Shown: positions 16,380 to 26,131, counted from the stretch's first letter. The stretch is DNA of 64,000 nucleotides from an uncultured Clostridia bacterium (GCA_934754445.1 CAKVHZ010000001.1:8469-72468), one strand, 5' to 3'. Program-made: numbers and translations. The notes: generated by a model from the sequence alone, not told the origin.

Positions 16380-18099
16380 ACAAAAGATCGATAATAAAGC
16401 GAGTTTGATTTGGAGTATTGCAGATAAACTTCAAGGAGATTATAAACCCCATGAATATGGTGATGTGATTCTTCCTTTTACGGTTTTAAAAAGATTTGAT
16501 AGTGTTCTTGCGAATACAAAAGACAAAGTATTAAAGGTTGCTTCAGAATATCCCGTAATCACACCGCCTATTGATAAGCTTTTAAAAAGTGTTTCCAAAC
16601 AAGAAATTTATAATGTTAGCAAATACAATTTCAAAAACTTGCTTGATGAACCGGATGATATTAAAAGAAATTTTAAAACTTATATAGCAGGTTTTTCTGA
16701 TAATGTAAAAGATATTTTAAGTAAAGAACATGGTTTTGAATTTGATAGGCAAATTGATAAGCTTGATAATGCTGACCTTTTATATTTAATCATTTCGGAA
16801 TTTAACACTGAAAAGGCGGATTTGCATCCCGATAAAATCAGCGATATCGAAATGGGCTATATATTTGAAGAAGTAATTAGAAAATTTAGTGAAACATATC
16901 AAGCCGATGCAGGGGAATTCTACACCCCTAGAGAAATAATTGATTTAATGGTTAATTTGCTATTAAACAACGAAGAATTAAGTGAAAATAATAAAGTTAT
17001 TCAAATATATGACGGAGCATGTGGGACCGGTGGAATGTTATCTATTGCCTATGAAAGAATTAAACAACTAAATAATACCAATGAAGTGTTTACATCTGGA
17101 CAAGAAATCAATCCACAAACCTATGCAATTTGTAAAAGCGATATGCTGTTGAAAGGCGGCAAGAACGCATCTATCAGATTTGGCAGTACTCTTTCTAATG
17201 ATCAATTCCCTGACGATCAATTTGATTATATTATTATGAACCCACCATTTGGTAGAGAATGGAAAAAAGATAAAGATGAAGTAGAAAAAGAATATAAACG
17301 TGGTTTCGCTGGAAGATTTGGTGCCGGATTACCTGCTATTAGCGATAGTCAAATGTTGTTTTTACAAAATGCTATTTCTAAAATGAAGCCTACTGGCAGT
17401 AAAATTGCAATTATACATAATGGTTCACCTTTGTTTACGGGCGATGCAGAAAGTGGTCCTAGTGAGATAAGAAAATATGTAATCGAAAATGATTTGCTTG
17501 AAGCTATTATTCAATTACCAAACAACATTTTCTATAACACTGGTATTACAACATATATTTGGCTGCTTTCAAATAAGAAATCAAAAGAAAGACAAGGTAA
17601 AATTCAGCTTATTAATGCAAATGAAATGTTTACAAAACGTCGTAAATCTTTGGGAGAAAAAAAGAACGATATTTCAAAATCACAAATATCACAAATTACA
17701 AAATTATATGATGATTTTAAACCAACAGAAAATAGTAAAATTTTAGAAAATGATGATTTTAAATATTTTAAAGTTACTGTAGAAACTCCTTTAAAAGATG
17801 ACAAAGGAAAACTTGTTTTAGATAAAAAAGGTAACAAACAAGCAAATAAAAATTTAAGAGATTTTGAGATTATTCCTGCAAAAGAAGATTTTGAAAATTA
17901 TATGAAAAAAAATGTATACCCATACAATCCGGATGCATACATTGACACAAGCAAGACTAAAGTTGGTTATGAGATACCTTTTGTTAAACTATTTTATAAA
18001 TATATTCCGCCAAAATCTTCAAAAGAAATTTTTAATGAAATCAAGCAACTAGAAAAAGAAGAATCACTGTTAATGAAGGAGTTATTTGGAAATGACTAA
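16372..18099 (+). CDS. hsdM: Type I restriction-modification system methyltransferase subunit
   Basis: HsdM N-terminal domain (LIWSIADKLQGDYKPHEYGDVILP), SAM motif YDGACGTGGML and catalytic NPPFG. Start set at the ATG preceded by GGAG; an alternative ATG lies at 16357. Confidence 0.9.
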   Translation: MDKQKIDNKASLIWSIADKLQGDYKPHEYGDVILPFTVLKRFDSVLANTKDKVLKVASEYPVITPPIDKLLKSVSKQEIYNVSKYNFKNLLDEPDDIKRNFKTYIAGFSDNVKDILSKEHGFEFDRQIDKLDNADLLYLIISEFNTEKADLHPDKISDIEMGYIFEEVIRKFSETYQADAGEFYTPREIIDLMVNLLLNNEELSENNKVIQIYDGACGTGGMLSIAYERIKQLNNTNEVFTSGQEINPQTYAICKSDMLLKGGKNASIRFGSTLSNDQFPDDQFDYIIMNPPFGREWKKDKDEVEKEYKRGFAGRFGAGLPAISDSQMLFLQNAISKMKPTGSKIAIIHNGSPLFTGDAESGPSEIRKYVIENDLLEAIIQLPNNIFYNTGITTYIWLLSNKKSKERQGKIQLINANEMFTKRRKSLGEKKNDISKSQISQITKLYDDFKPTENSKILENDDFKYFKVTVETPLKDDKGKLVLDKKGNKQANKNLRDFEIIPAKEDFENYMKKNVYPYNPDAYIDTSKTKVGYEIPFVKLFYKYIPPKSSKEIFNEIKQLEKEESLLMKELFGND

Positions 18100-19339
18100 C
18101 TATAAAAACAGTGGAATTGAATGGATTGGTGATATTCCTAAAAATTGGAAAGTTAATAGATTAAAAATAGTTTTGCAAGAAAGAAATGAAAATAATAATC
18201 CGATAAAAACAGATTACATTTTATCGTTGACCAATGATAGAGGTGTTATACCATATACAGATAAAGGAGAAATTGGAAATAAATCAAAAGATGATATATC
18301 TGGTTATAAGCTGGCCTATCCAAATGATATCGTTTTAAATAGTATGAACGTTATAATCGGTTCTGTTGGTATTTCAAAATATTATGGTGCAGTTAGCCCA
18401 GTATACTATATGTTAAAACCAAGATACGATTCAGACGATGTAAGATTCTATAACTATATTTTTCAGACAAATGAATTCCAAAACAGGCTAAAGGGTTATG
18501 GTAATGGCATTTTAGAAATAAGAATGAGAATACAGATGTTAAAACTAAATACTGTTGAGTTGCCAATTCCACCAAGTGAAGAACAATTTAAAATTGCCAA
18601 CTTCCTTGATAGGAAATGCTCTCAAATTGACGCACTTATTTCACTCGAAGAAAAAGAAATTGAAAAATTAAAAGAATACAAAACTGCTGTAATAACAAAA
18701 ATGGTAACAAAAGGTCTTGAAAATTCTATTTCTATGAAAGATACAGGCATTCCTTGGATTGGTGAAATTCCAGAACATTGGAACTGTGATAGACTTAAAT
18801 TCTTCTATCTCAATAGAAATGCAAAGTTTGATGGTTCAGATGTTTCTTATTTTGCTTTAGAAAATATAGAAAGTTGGTCTGGCGTTTATATTGATACTAA
18901 TTCAGAATATGATAAGACACAATCAAATATGGTATATGCAGGAGATGTTGTTTTTGGTAAGTTGAGACCTTATCTCGCAAAATCTTTATTGGTTAAAGAA
19001 AAACAATGTTGCTCTTCAGAATTTGCAATATTTTACGATAAGAAAGGCACATCTGCAGAATATTTGCATTATCTCATGTTATCACATTGGTTTGTAAATA
19101 TTGTTGATTCATCTACTTATGGAACTAAAATGCCAAGAGCTAGTATAGAGTTTATAAAAAATATGATAATTCCTTATCCGTCTTATGATGAACAAAAAAG
19201 TATCTGTGATTGGATAAAAGTCAGGTTATCTCAAATAAATAATTTAATAATTTTAAAAAATAAGAAAATTGAAGAATTAAAAATATATAAAAAATCAATG
19301 ATATATGAATATGTAACAGGTAAAAAGAGGTGTATTTAA
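18092..19339 (+). CDS. hsdS: Type I R-M specificity subunit (two target-recognition domains)
   Basis: Two target-recognition domains (TRDs), each followed by a conserved helix (LPIPPSEEQFKIANFLD...; IPYPSYDEQKSICDWI...). Overlaps the hsdM stop. Confidence 0.85.
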   Translation: MTNYKNSGIEWIGDIPKNWKVNRLKIVLQERNENNNPIKTDYILSLTNDRGVIPYTDKGEIGNKSKDDISGYKLAYPNDIVLNSMNVIIGSVGISKYYGAVSPVYYMLKPRYDSDDVRFYNYIFQTNEFQNRLKGYGNGILEIRMRIQMLKLNTVELPIPPSEEQFKIANFLDRKCSQIDALISLEEKEIEKLKEYKTAVITKMVTKGLENSISMKDTGIPWIGEIPEHWNCDRLKFFYLNRNAKFDGSDVSYFALENIESWSGVYIDTNSEYDKTQSNMVYAGDVVFGKLRPYLAKSLLVKEKQCCSSEFAIFYDKKGTSAEYLHYLMLSHWFVNIVDSSTYGTKMPRASIEFIKNMIIPYPSYDEQKSICDWIKVRLSQINNLIILKNKKIEELKIYKKSMIYEYVTGKKRCI

Positions 19340-22293
19340 TGGAAACTAAAGAAAAAAATTATGAAGCTTTTATTGAAAAATACTTAACTACTAAAGGTGG
19401 TTACATTAAAGCTGACGAAACTGGATACGATAACAAAACAGGAATTATTATTTCTGATATGTTTTCATTCATTAAAACATCCCAACCAAGAGAATGGAAA
19501 AAAGTTATAGATAGTCAAGGTAGTCAAGCTGAAACATACTTTATTGATAGACTAAAGAAAAATATTGATGAAAATGGATTCTTACACGTATTACGAAATG
19601 GAATAAAATTAAATGGAGTAACAATTAATCTTATTTTCTTTAAACCTGAAAGCAATATCAATACTGATAGTATGAAACTATACGAACAAAATATTTGTAA
19701 ACTTGTTCGTCAGCTTCATTATTCATATTTAAACAATAATAGCTTAGATTCTGTTTTATTTATTAATGGTTTCCCTGTTGTAACAATAGAATTAAAGAAT
19801 GAATTTACAGGACAAACATGTGATGATGCAATTCGTCAGTATAAAAATGACAGAGATCCAAATGAAATAATTTTCCAATTTAATAAAAGATCTTTAGTTC
19901 ATTTTGCTGTAGATTTGCAAGAAGTGTACATGACCACAAAATTAAATGGAATAGCAACAAAATTTTTACCATTTAATCAAGGATCTAATGGTGCTGGCAA
20001 CGTCGGAGGAAAAGGAAATCCATACAATGAAAATGGTTTTGCGACAGCATATTTATGGGAAAATGTATTAAATAAAGATAGTTTGTTTGATATCTTAAAT
20101 AAATATATTCAACTAGAAGTTAAAAAGAATAAAAAGACCGGAGAAATTAAAAAAACATTAATATTTCCAAGATATCATCAACTAGATGTAGTTAGAAAAT
20201 TAATAGCAGATGCTAAACAAAATGGTGCAGGGAAAAATTATTTGATTCAACATAGTGCTGGAAGTGGTAAAAGCAATAGCATTGCATGGCTTGCCTATCG
20301 CTTAGCAACATTACATGATAAAGATGATAAAACAATATTTGATAGCGTCATCGTTATCACTGACAGACGAGTGCTTGATCAACAACTACAAGATAATATT
20401 TATCAATTTGAGCACACTTTGGGGTTCATTGAAAAAATTGATAAAAATAAATCCAGCAAGGATTTATTAACTGCAGTAAATTCAGGTAAGAAAATTATTA
20501 TTACAACATTGCAAAAATTTCCTATAATATACAAAGAAATCGAATCTGAAAACAAACATTTTGCGGTTATAATAGATGAAGCTCATTCTTCACAAACTGG
20601 CAATAGTGCTAAAAAATTAAAGGCAGGATTGGGTGATCTAGAAGAAGCAATTAAAATAGAAAGCGAACTAGAAGAACTTGCTTCTGAAAATGAAGATAAA
20701 CTTTTAAATGAACTGGCAAGTCAAGGAAAACAAAAAAACCTCTCATTTTTTGCCTTTACAGCAACACCAAAAGCAAAAACTTTACAAATTTTTGGAAATA
20801 AAACCGAATCTGGTACTTACGTTCCATTTCATATTTATTCTATGCAACAAGCCATTGAGGAAGGTTTTATATTAGATGTTCTTCAAAACTATATGACATA
20901 CAGCACATTTTATAAACTTGTTAAAAAAACAAATGAAGATCCTGAATTTGAAGCTGGAAAAGGTATTAAAGAATTAATTCGATTTGAGACTTTGCATCCT
21001 ACTAATATTTCGCAAAAAACGGCAATCATAATAGAACAATTTTTAAATACGACCGCATACAAGATTAATGGAAGGGCAAAAGCTATGGTTGTAACACCTT
21101 CAAGATTGCATGCAGTAAAATATATAAATGCTTTCAAAGAATACATCAAAAAGATTTCAATGGAAGATAAAATAAAAGTATTAGTTGCGTTTTCTGGTGA
21201 GGTTTTTGATCCTGACACAAATGAAACATATACTGAGGCTAGCATTAATAAAATCAGTGAAACTCAGCTTCCTGAAGTATTTGATGAAGAATACAATGTT
21301 TTAATTGTTGCAGAGAAATATCAAACAGGTTTTGATCAGCCACTTCTTCATACTATGTTTGTTGATAAAAAACTTTCTGGAATTAAAGCAGTCCAAACTC
21401 TATCAAGATTAAATAGAATTTGTGAAGGTAAAACAGATACATTTGTTCTCGATTTTGTTAACAAAGCAGAGGAAATACAAAATGCATTTCAAGATTATTA
21501 TCAAGGAACAGTTTTAACGGAAGGTTTTGATGTAAATAATGTGTATGATATTTATGGTAGATTAGAGGCATATAAAATAGTTGACATTAACGATATTAAT
21601 GGATTTGCGGATTTATATTATTCAAACTCGGAAGATATGGGGAAATTAAGTTCATATTTGTATAAATCAAAAGAAAAATACATTAATTTAGACAAGAAAG
21701 ATAAATACGAATTCAAATCAATAATGCAAGCATTTTTAAGAAATTATAATTTTGTTACACAAGTTACTAGAATGAATGATAAAGAACTACAAGCATCATA
21801 CATTTATTATAAATATTTAAACCAGTTTCTTCCTAAAGACAATACTAAAAAAATTGATGTTAAAGACCTAGTCGAACTAGAATATTTTAAAATAGAAAAG
21901 AAATTTGAAGGAAGTATTAGTTTAACAAAAGAGCAAGGAGAAATAGCTCCCGCAACAGGTAACATTGGAAGGAAAAGTGAAGAAACAAAAAATAAATTAA
22001 GTGAAATTATTGATAAAATAAATAAGAAGTACCAAACTAAATTCACAAATATGGATAAAGTATTTGAACAAATCGAAAGTGATTACCTCAACGATGAACG
22101 AATGAAAGCTTTTGCTAGAAACAATGAGGAAAAAGCATTTAAGAAAGTTTATGATAAAGAATTTGAAAACAAAGCTATTCAAAGATATGAACAAAATAGT
22201 GAACTTTTCAAAATATTATTTACTGATGAAGAATTTATGAACGACATAAAATCCGCTTTATTTAGAGTTGTTTATAACAAATTAAAACAATAA
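19339..22293 (+). CDS. hsdR: Type I restriction endonuclease/translocase subunit
   Basis: Walker A HSAGSGKSNS, DEAH box IIDEAHSSQTG and helicase motif QTLSRLNR. The ATG overlaps the hsdS stop (TAATG). Confidence 0.9.
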   Translation: METKEKNYEAFIEKYLTTKGGYIKADETGYDNKTGIIISDMFSFIKTSQPREWKKVIDSQGSQAETYFIDRLKKNIDENGFLHVLRNGIKLNGVTINLIFFKPESNINTDSMKLYEQNICKLVRQLHYSYLNNNSLDSVLFINGFPVVTIELKNEFTGQTCDDAIRQYKNDRDPNEIIFQFNKRSLVHFAVDLQEVYMTTKLNGIATKFLPFNQGSNGAGNVGGKGNPYNENGFATAYLWENVLNKDSLFDILNKYIQLEVKKNKKTGEIKKTLIFPRYHQLDVVRKLIADAKQNGAGKNYLIQHSAGSGKSNSIAWLAYRLATLHDKDDKTIFDSVIVITDRRVLDQQLQDNIYQFEHTLGFIEKIDKNKSSKDLLTAVNSGKKIIITTLQKFPIIYKEIESENKHFAVIIDEAHSSQTGNSAKKLKAGLGDLEEAIKIESELEELASENEDKLLNELASQGKQKNLSFFAFTATPKAKTLQIFGNKTESGTYVPFHIYSMQQAIEEGFILDVLQNYMTYSTFYKLVKKTNEDPEFEAGKGIKELIRFETLHPTNISQKTAIIIEQFLNTTAYKINGRAKAMVVTPSRLHAVKYINAFKEYIKKISMEDKIKVLVAFSGEVFDPDTNETYTEASINKISETQLPEVFDEEYNVLIVAEKYQTGFDQPLLHTMFVDKKLSGIKAVQTLSRLNRICEGKTDTFVLDFVNKAEEIQNAFQDYYQGTVLTEGFDVNNVYDIYGRLEAYKIVDINDINGFADLYYSNSEDMGKLSSYLYKSKEKYINLDKKDKYEFKSIMQAFLRNYNFVTQVTRMNDKELQASYIYYKYLNQFLPKDNTKKIDVKDLVELEYFKIEKKFEGSISLTKEQGEIAPATGNIGRKSEETKNKLSEIIDKINKKYQTKFTNMDKVFEQIESDYLNDERMKAFARNNEEKAFKKVYDKEFENKAIQRYEQNSELFKILFTDEEFMNDIKSALFRVVYNKLKQ

Positions 22294-22296
22294 AAA

Positions 22297-22338
22297 AATA
22301 AGACATTCTACTCTGCTTATAGAATGTCTTATTTTTTT
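22297..22338 (+). terminator. hsdR terminator
   Basis: 14-bp stem AATAAGACATTCTA/TAGAATGTCTTATT followed by T7. Confidence 0.85.
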
Positions 22339-22379
22339 GCTAGTTTCAAAATTGCCAGCCCTTTGGAGTTACTTTTTTA

Positions 22380-22859
22380 TTATTTTTCTATTACTGCATA
22401 AACGTTGCAAACAGCACCTAAAGCGAAGAAAACTCCACTTAAAATAGCACCAACGCCTAAAGCGCCATTAGAAAAAATTGTTTTTACTGCATTATCAGCA
22501 AATACCATAAAGTTTGGAACTAAGAAGCAAAGCACACAACCAGCAACCATTAAAATAGCACCAATTAGTTTAACAATTTTATTTTTGCTAATAACACTAA
22601 ATGAACCTACTAAAGGTAATAAAACAGCAAGTAAAGCAACAAAACTAAATTTTAATATTTCTTTGCTTAAAACAACATACGAACCAGCTTTACCAGTGTA
22701 TCCAAAAATAACTTGGAAACCACTAAAAGAATAATCGTTGTATGAAACATAAGCAAAGCATGCCATAATTGCACCAACAATAGCTAAAATAATAGCACCA
22801 TATTTTATGTAAGAAAGAGCTTTGTTTGAACTTCTACTTCTACTTTTTCTTTTTGCCAT
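22380..22859 (-). CDS. Hypothetical 4-TM membrane protein
   Basis: AAGGAGA SD, basic N-terminus and four hydrophobic helices. Confidence 0.65.
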   Translation of the reverse strand: MAKRKSRSRSSNKALSYIKYGAIILAIVGAIMACFAYVSYNDYSFSGFQVIFGYTGKAGSYVVLSKEILKFSFVALLAVLLPLVGSFSVISKNKIVKLIGAILMVAGCVLCFLVPNFMVFADNAVKTIFSNGALGVGAILSGVFFALGAVCNVYAVIEK

Positions 22860-22979
22860 ATATAATCTCCTTTTTAATTTTATATTCTTATTATAATATA
22901 CATTAAAATAAATTGCAATTATTTTAAATAATTAATAATTAAAGTTTTAAACAAAAATTATAAATTTGTTTAAAATAAA

Positions 22980-23525
22980 TTGAAAAATAAAAAGTTTTTT
23001 GTAAATAATATTTACATGAAGCAAACTTTAAAATATATTTATTCTGTTTTAAACGAAAATGTTAAATTTGCTGAAGGCAAACACAGTGTTTTAATTGCAT
23101 TAAATAGTGCATTAATAGTTTTTATTAGTGGTTATTTAGCGAGTAGAGTTATTTTTATTAAATTAATTACTTGTTTAGTAATAGTAACTAGTATGTTTAG
23201 TATTTTTTTTAACTTTGTGGCACTACTTTCACGAAAAGTTAAATATGTAAAAAATTTAAAGTATAAAGAAAATGAATTAAATTTAATATATTATAAACAT
23301 ATTATAAATTTTAGTTACGATGAGTTTTTAAAAGTAGTTAAGCAAAAATATAACTTTCCAGATGATTATAAATTTGATGGATTAGATTATGATTTAAGTA
23401 AACAAATAATAGCAACGAGTAATGTAATTAACTTAAAATTTACTTTTTTTAACTATAGTTTAGTTTGTTTATTTATTGCTTTAGTTTTAACTATTTTAAA
23501 TATAACATTAGTAGGGTTATTATAA
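22980..23525 (+). CDS. 3-TM membrane protein resembling the Pycsar-effector TM (PycTM/DUF5706-type) family
   Basis: VKFAEGKHSVLIALNSA leads into TM1, followed by TM2, a ~75-aa soluble insert and a C-terminal TM. Start is uncertain (TTG at 22980 or ATG at 23016); neither has an SD. Confidence 0.4.
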   Translation: MKNKKFFVNNIYMKQTLKYIYSVLNENVKFAEGKHSVLIALNSALIVFISGYLASRVIFIKLITCLVIVTSMFSIFFNFVALLSRKVKYVKNLKYKENELNLIYYKHIINFSYDEFLKVVKQKYNFPDDYKFDGLDYDLSKQIIATSNVINLKFTFFNYSLVCLFIALVLTILNITLVGLL

Positions 23526-23878
23526 TGAATGAATATTATAACGAATTTATATTATGGCTTAAAGGTATAGTTGAAGACGACCCAATACCTTATGAGATAA
23601 AATCACTTGTTTTTTATTTAAACAAAAATAATGAAATAGGTTTTTCTGGAACTGAAGAAAAAGAAGTTAAAGTTGTTGATAAGTTTTTTTATTATCCTTT
23701 AGAAGCACAATATTTTTACTGTTCTAATTTATATAACAAACTTTTTAAATTAACAAACAATGAAAAACTAAATGTTTTAAAAAATTTACTTGTTAATTTA
23801 AGCGATGATGGTTATTTTAAAAAGTTTAATTTATATTATGGATTTTTATATAATAATGCAAAAAAAATAAAAAAATAA
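23525..23878 (+). CDS. Hypothetical 117-aa cytosolic protein, translationally coupled to the upstream TM protein
   Basis: The ATG overlaps the upstream stop (TAATG). No family recognised. Confidence 0.5.
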   Translation: MNEYYNEFILWLKGIVEDDPIPYEIKSLVFYLNKNNEIGFSGTEEKEVKVVDKFFYYPLEAQYFYCSNLYNKLFKLTNNEKLNVLKNLLVNLSDDGYFKKFNLYYGFLYNNAKKIKK

Positions 23879-23932
23879 GTTATATTTAAAAAACTCTACA
23901 CATATATTTTATCATATTAAAGTGGAGGAAAT

Positions 23933-25408
23933 ATGATAAATTCAAATATATATAGTGATATTGCAAAAAGGTCGAATGGAGATATTTATTTAGGTGTTGT
24001 TGGACCCGTTAGAACAGGTAAAAGCACTTTTATTACAAACTTTGTAAATAAACTAGTATTGCCTAATATTGTGAATGTTTATGATAGAGAACGCAACTTT
24101 GATGAACTCCCACAAAGTGCAAACGGCAAAATGGTTATGACAACTCAACCAAAGTTCATTCCATCAGAAGCGGTTAAAATTAATGTTGATGATGTTGAAA
24201 TGAAAGTAAGGTTAGTTGATTGTGTGGGTTATATGGTAGACGGAGCGGAAGGAGATAAAGATAGTGATAAGCCAAGATTTGTTAAAACTCCTTGGAGCGA
24301 TGAAGAAATGCCATTTAAAGACGCGGCCGAAATGGGAACAAAAAAGGTTATAACCGACCATTCAACAATAGCGGTTATGGTAACAACCGATGGTTCTTTT
24401 ACTGAAATTCCTAGAGAAAACTATGTAAAAGCCGAAGAATATATTGTTAGAGATTTGAAAAATGCAAATAAACCTTTTGTGATTGTTTTAAATTCAAAAA
24501 ATGTAGAAAGTGAAGATACTAAAAAATTAGCTGAAAGTTTAACAAGCAAATATGAAGTTCCAGTTTTACCAGTAGATTGCTTAAACTTAAACGAAGAAGA
24601 TGTTTCTAAAATTTTAGATGAAGTTTTAAAAGAATTCCCTATTGAAAGTATTGAAGTTAAACTTCCTAAATGGATGCAAGCATTACCTTTTGATAGCGAC
24701 TTAATAAAAGAAGTTATTAACGAAATTAAAAATTTAGTTGATGTTGATGATAAAATTGGTGATTTTAAATTAAACGGCACTCTTTTTGAAAATAGCGAAA
24801 ACTTTGAACAAATTACTGACGCAAAAGTTAAATTAGATGAAGGAACTATTAATATTAATGTAGAACCTAAGCCAGAATTATTCTATAAAGTTTTATCTAA
24901 ACAGTGTGGCGCTGAAATAACTAGCGAATATCAACTAATAAATTACATTAAAGAATTATCTCATGCAAAAACTGAATACGACAAAATTAAAGATGCTCTA
25001 GACAATGTTAATGAATGTGGTTATGGTGTTGTTTATCCTAAACAAGAAGATATAATTTTAGAAGAGCCAGAACTTACTAAACAAAGTGGTAAATATGGCG
25101 TAAAAATTAAAGCAAAAGCACCAAGTCTTCATATTATGAGAGTTGATGTTGATACTGAAGTTAGTCCAATAGTTGGTAGTCAAAATCAAAGCGAAGATTT
25201 AATTAAATTCTTAAAAGAAGAACAAGAAACAAATCCTAACGGAATTTGGGAAACAAACTTATTTGGTAAAAGTTTACAAAGTTTAATTGCTGACGGCGTA
25301 AATAGTAAAATTACAACTATGCCAGGGGACGCTCAAAAGAAAATGCGTAAAACTTTAACTAGAATAGTAAACGAAGGTAAAGGCGGAATTATTTGCATAT
25401 TGTTATAA
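23933..25408 (+). CDS. spoIVA: Stage IV sporulation protein A (spore coat basement-layer ATPase)
   Basis: Collinear with B. subtilis SpoIVA: DIYLGVVGPVRTGKSTFI Walker A, RLVDCVGY, AKTEYDKI and C-terminal NEGKGGIICILL. Confidence 0.95.
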   Translation: MINSNIYSDIAKRSNGDIYLGVVGPVRTGKSTFITNFVNKLVLPNIVNVYDRERNFDELPQSANGKMVMTTQPKFIPSEAVKINVDDVEMKVRLVDCVGYMVDGAEGDKDSDKPRFVKTPWSDEEMPFKDAAEMGTKKVITDHSTIAVMVTTDGSFTEIPRENYVKAEEYIVRDLKNANKPFVIVLNSKNVESEDTKKLAESLTSKYEVPVLPVDCLNLNEEDVSKILDEVLKEFPIESIEVKLPKWMQALPFDSDLIKEVINEIKNLVDVDDKIGDFKLNGTLFENSENFEQITDAKVKLDEGTININVEPKPELFYKVLSKQCGAEITSEYQLINYIKELSHAKTEYDKIKDALDNVNECGYGVVYPKQEDIILEEPELTKQSGKYGVKIKAKAPSLHIMRVDVDTEVSPIVGSQNQSEDLIKFLKEEQETNPNGIWETNLFGKSLQSLIADGVNSKITTMPGDAQKKMRKTLTRIVNEGKGGIICILL

Positions 25409-25742
25409 GTATTTTGTCTTTCTTAAAAATTCATCAATAAGTTTATTTACACCTATATTATACTGTTTTAAAGCAAAAAGCATCTTACGGTGCTTTTTTG
25501 TTAATACATCAATATTTAATTTGTCTGGCATTTCAACTTGCTTATTATTTTTTATTAATATTCCTGTTTCTTTTGAAGGTCGTCCTTGCTTAGTTTTTTT
25601 AAAATAAGGTTCAACATATCCTGATTCAACTTCTTCTATTTTTTTTATTAGTTCTGCTCGTCTATATAGTGGGATTTTTAACTCCAACTTTTCTTGCTTG
25701 CACTCTTAGAGCAAATATACCTAATTCGTCATAGCTATCCAT
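25403..25742 (-). pseudogene. HeH/SAP-motif (Rho_N-like) small protein gene split by a +1 frameshift at an A5 tract
   Basis: ORF-a (25742-25662, strong AGGAG SD) gives MDSYDELGIFALRVQARKVGVKNPTI*. ORF-b (25687-25403) continues ...KIPLYRRAELIKKIEE. Together they form one helix-extended-helix motif if the A-run (plus-strand T5 at 25675-25679) is one base shorter. Confidence 0.45.
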
Positions 25743-25795
25743 AAATACTCCTATATCACATATAATAAAAAATAAAATATAAAAAGTCAAACATT

Positions 25796-25813
25796 TTGTG
25801 CATATTTACACAA
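25796..25813. promoter_or_regulatory. Operator-like palindrome TTGTG-N8-CACAA in the divergent control region
   Basis: A perfect 5-bp-arm inverted repeat lies between the divergent HeH gene and the XRE gene, about 25 nt upstream of the XRE -10. Confidence 0.4.
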
Positions 25814-25852
25814 ACATGAGTAAAGATATTGTTTTTTGTTAAAATTTAATTA

Positions 25853-26056
25853 ATGGAAGAACTAGCAAAAAGACTAAAAGAAATTAGAACTAAAAATAAT
25901 ATAACAATGGAAAAACTAGCAGAGGCTATTGGAGTTGACCATTCCAATATCTCTAGATGGGAAAATGGAAAGGTTGTTCCATCATGTTATTACTTAAAAT
26001 TAATATGTGATTATTTTGATGTTTCTGCCGATTATTTACTTGGAAGAATAGATTAA
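25853..26056 (+). CDS. XRE-family HTH transcriptional regulator (67 aa)
   Basis: ITMEKLAEAIGVDHSNISRWENGK is a classic Cro/CI HTH. The ATG lies 7 nt after an extended -10 (TGtTAAAAT) with no SD. Confidence 0.8.
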   Translation: MEELAKRLKEIRTKNNITMEKLAEAIGVDHSNISRWENGKVVPSCYYLKLICDYFDVSADYLLGRID

Positions 26057-26082
26057 AAAAAGTGCCACGTGGCACTTTTTTG
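26056..26082. terminator. Bidirectional terminator
   Basis: AAAAAGTGCC-acgt-GGCACTTTTT. Confidence 0.8.
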
Positions 26083-26131
26083 TTTGTTAAAGTATTTTAC
26101 TTTTTGTAGTTTTTTCTTTAAATTTAATTAG

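Larger units (their letters stand above)
13208..22378. other. Accessory (defence-type) island between spoIVFB and a membrane-protein gene
   Basis: All genes inside are non-housekeeping (type I R-M, Fic, T5orf172, AbrB-fold, sigma-r2-like). It is bracketed by an imperfect 14-nt inverted repeat. No integrase is present. Confidence 0.5.
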
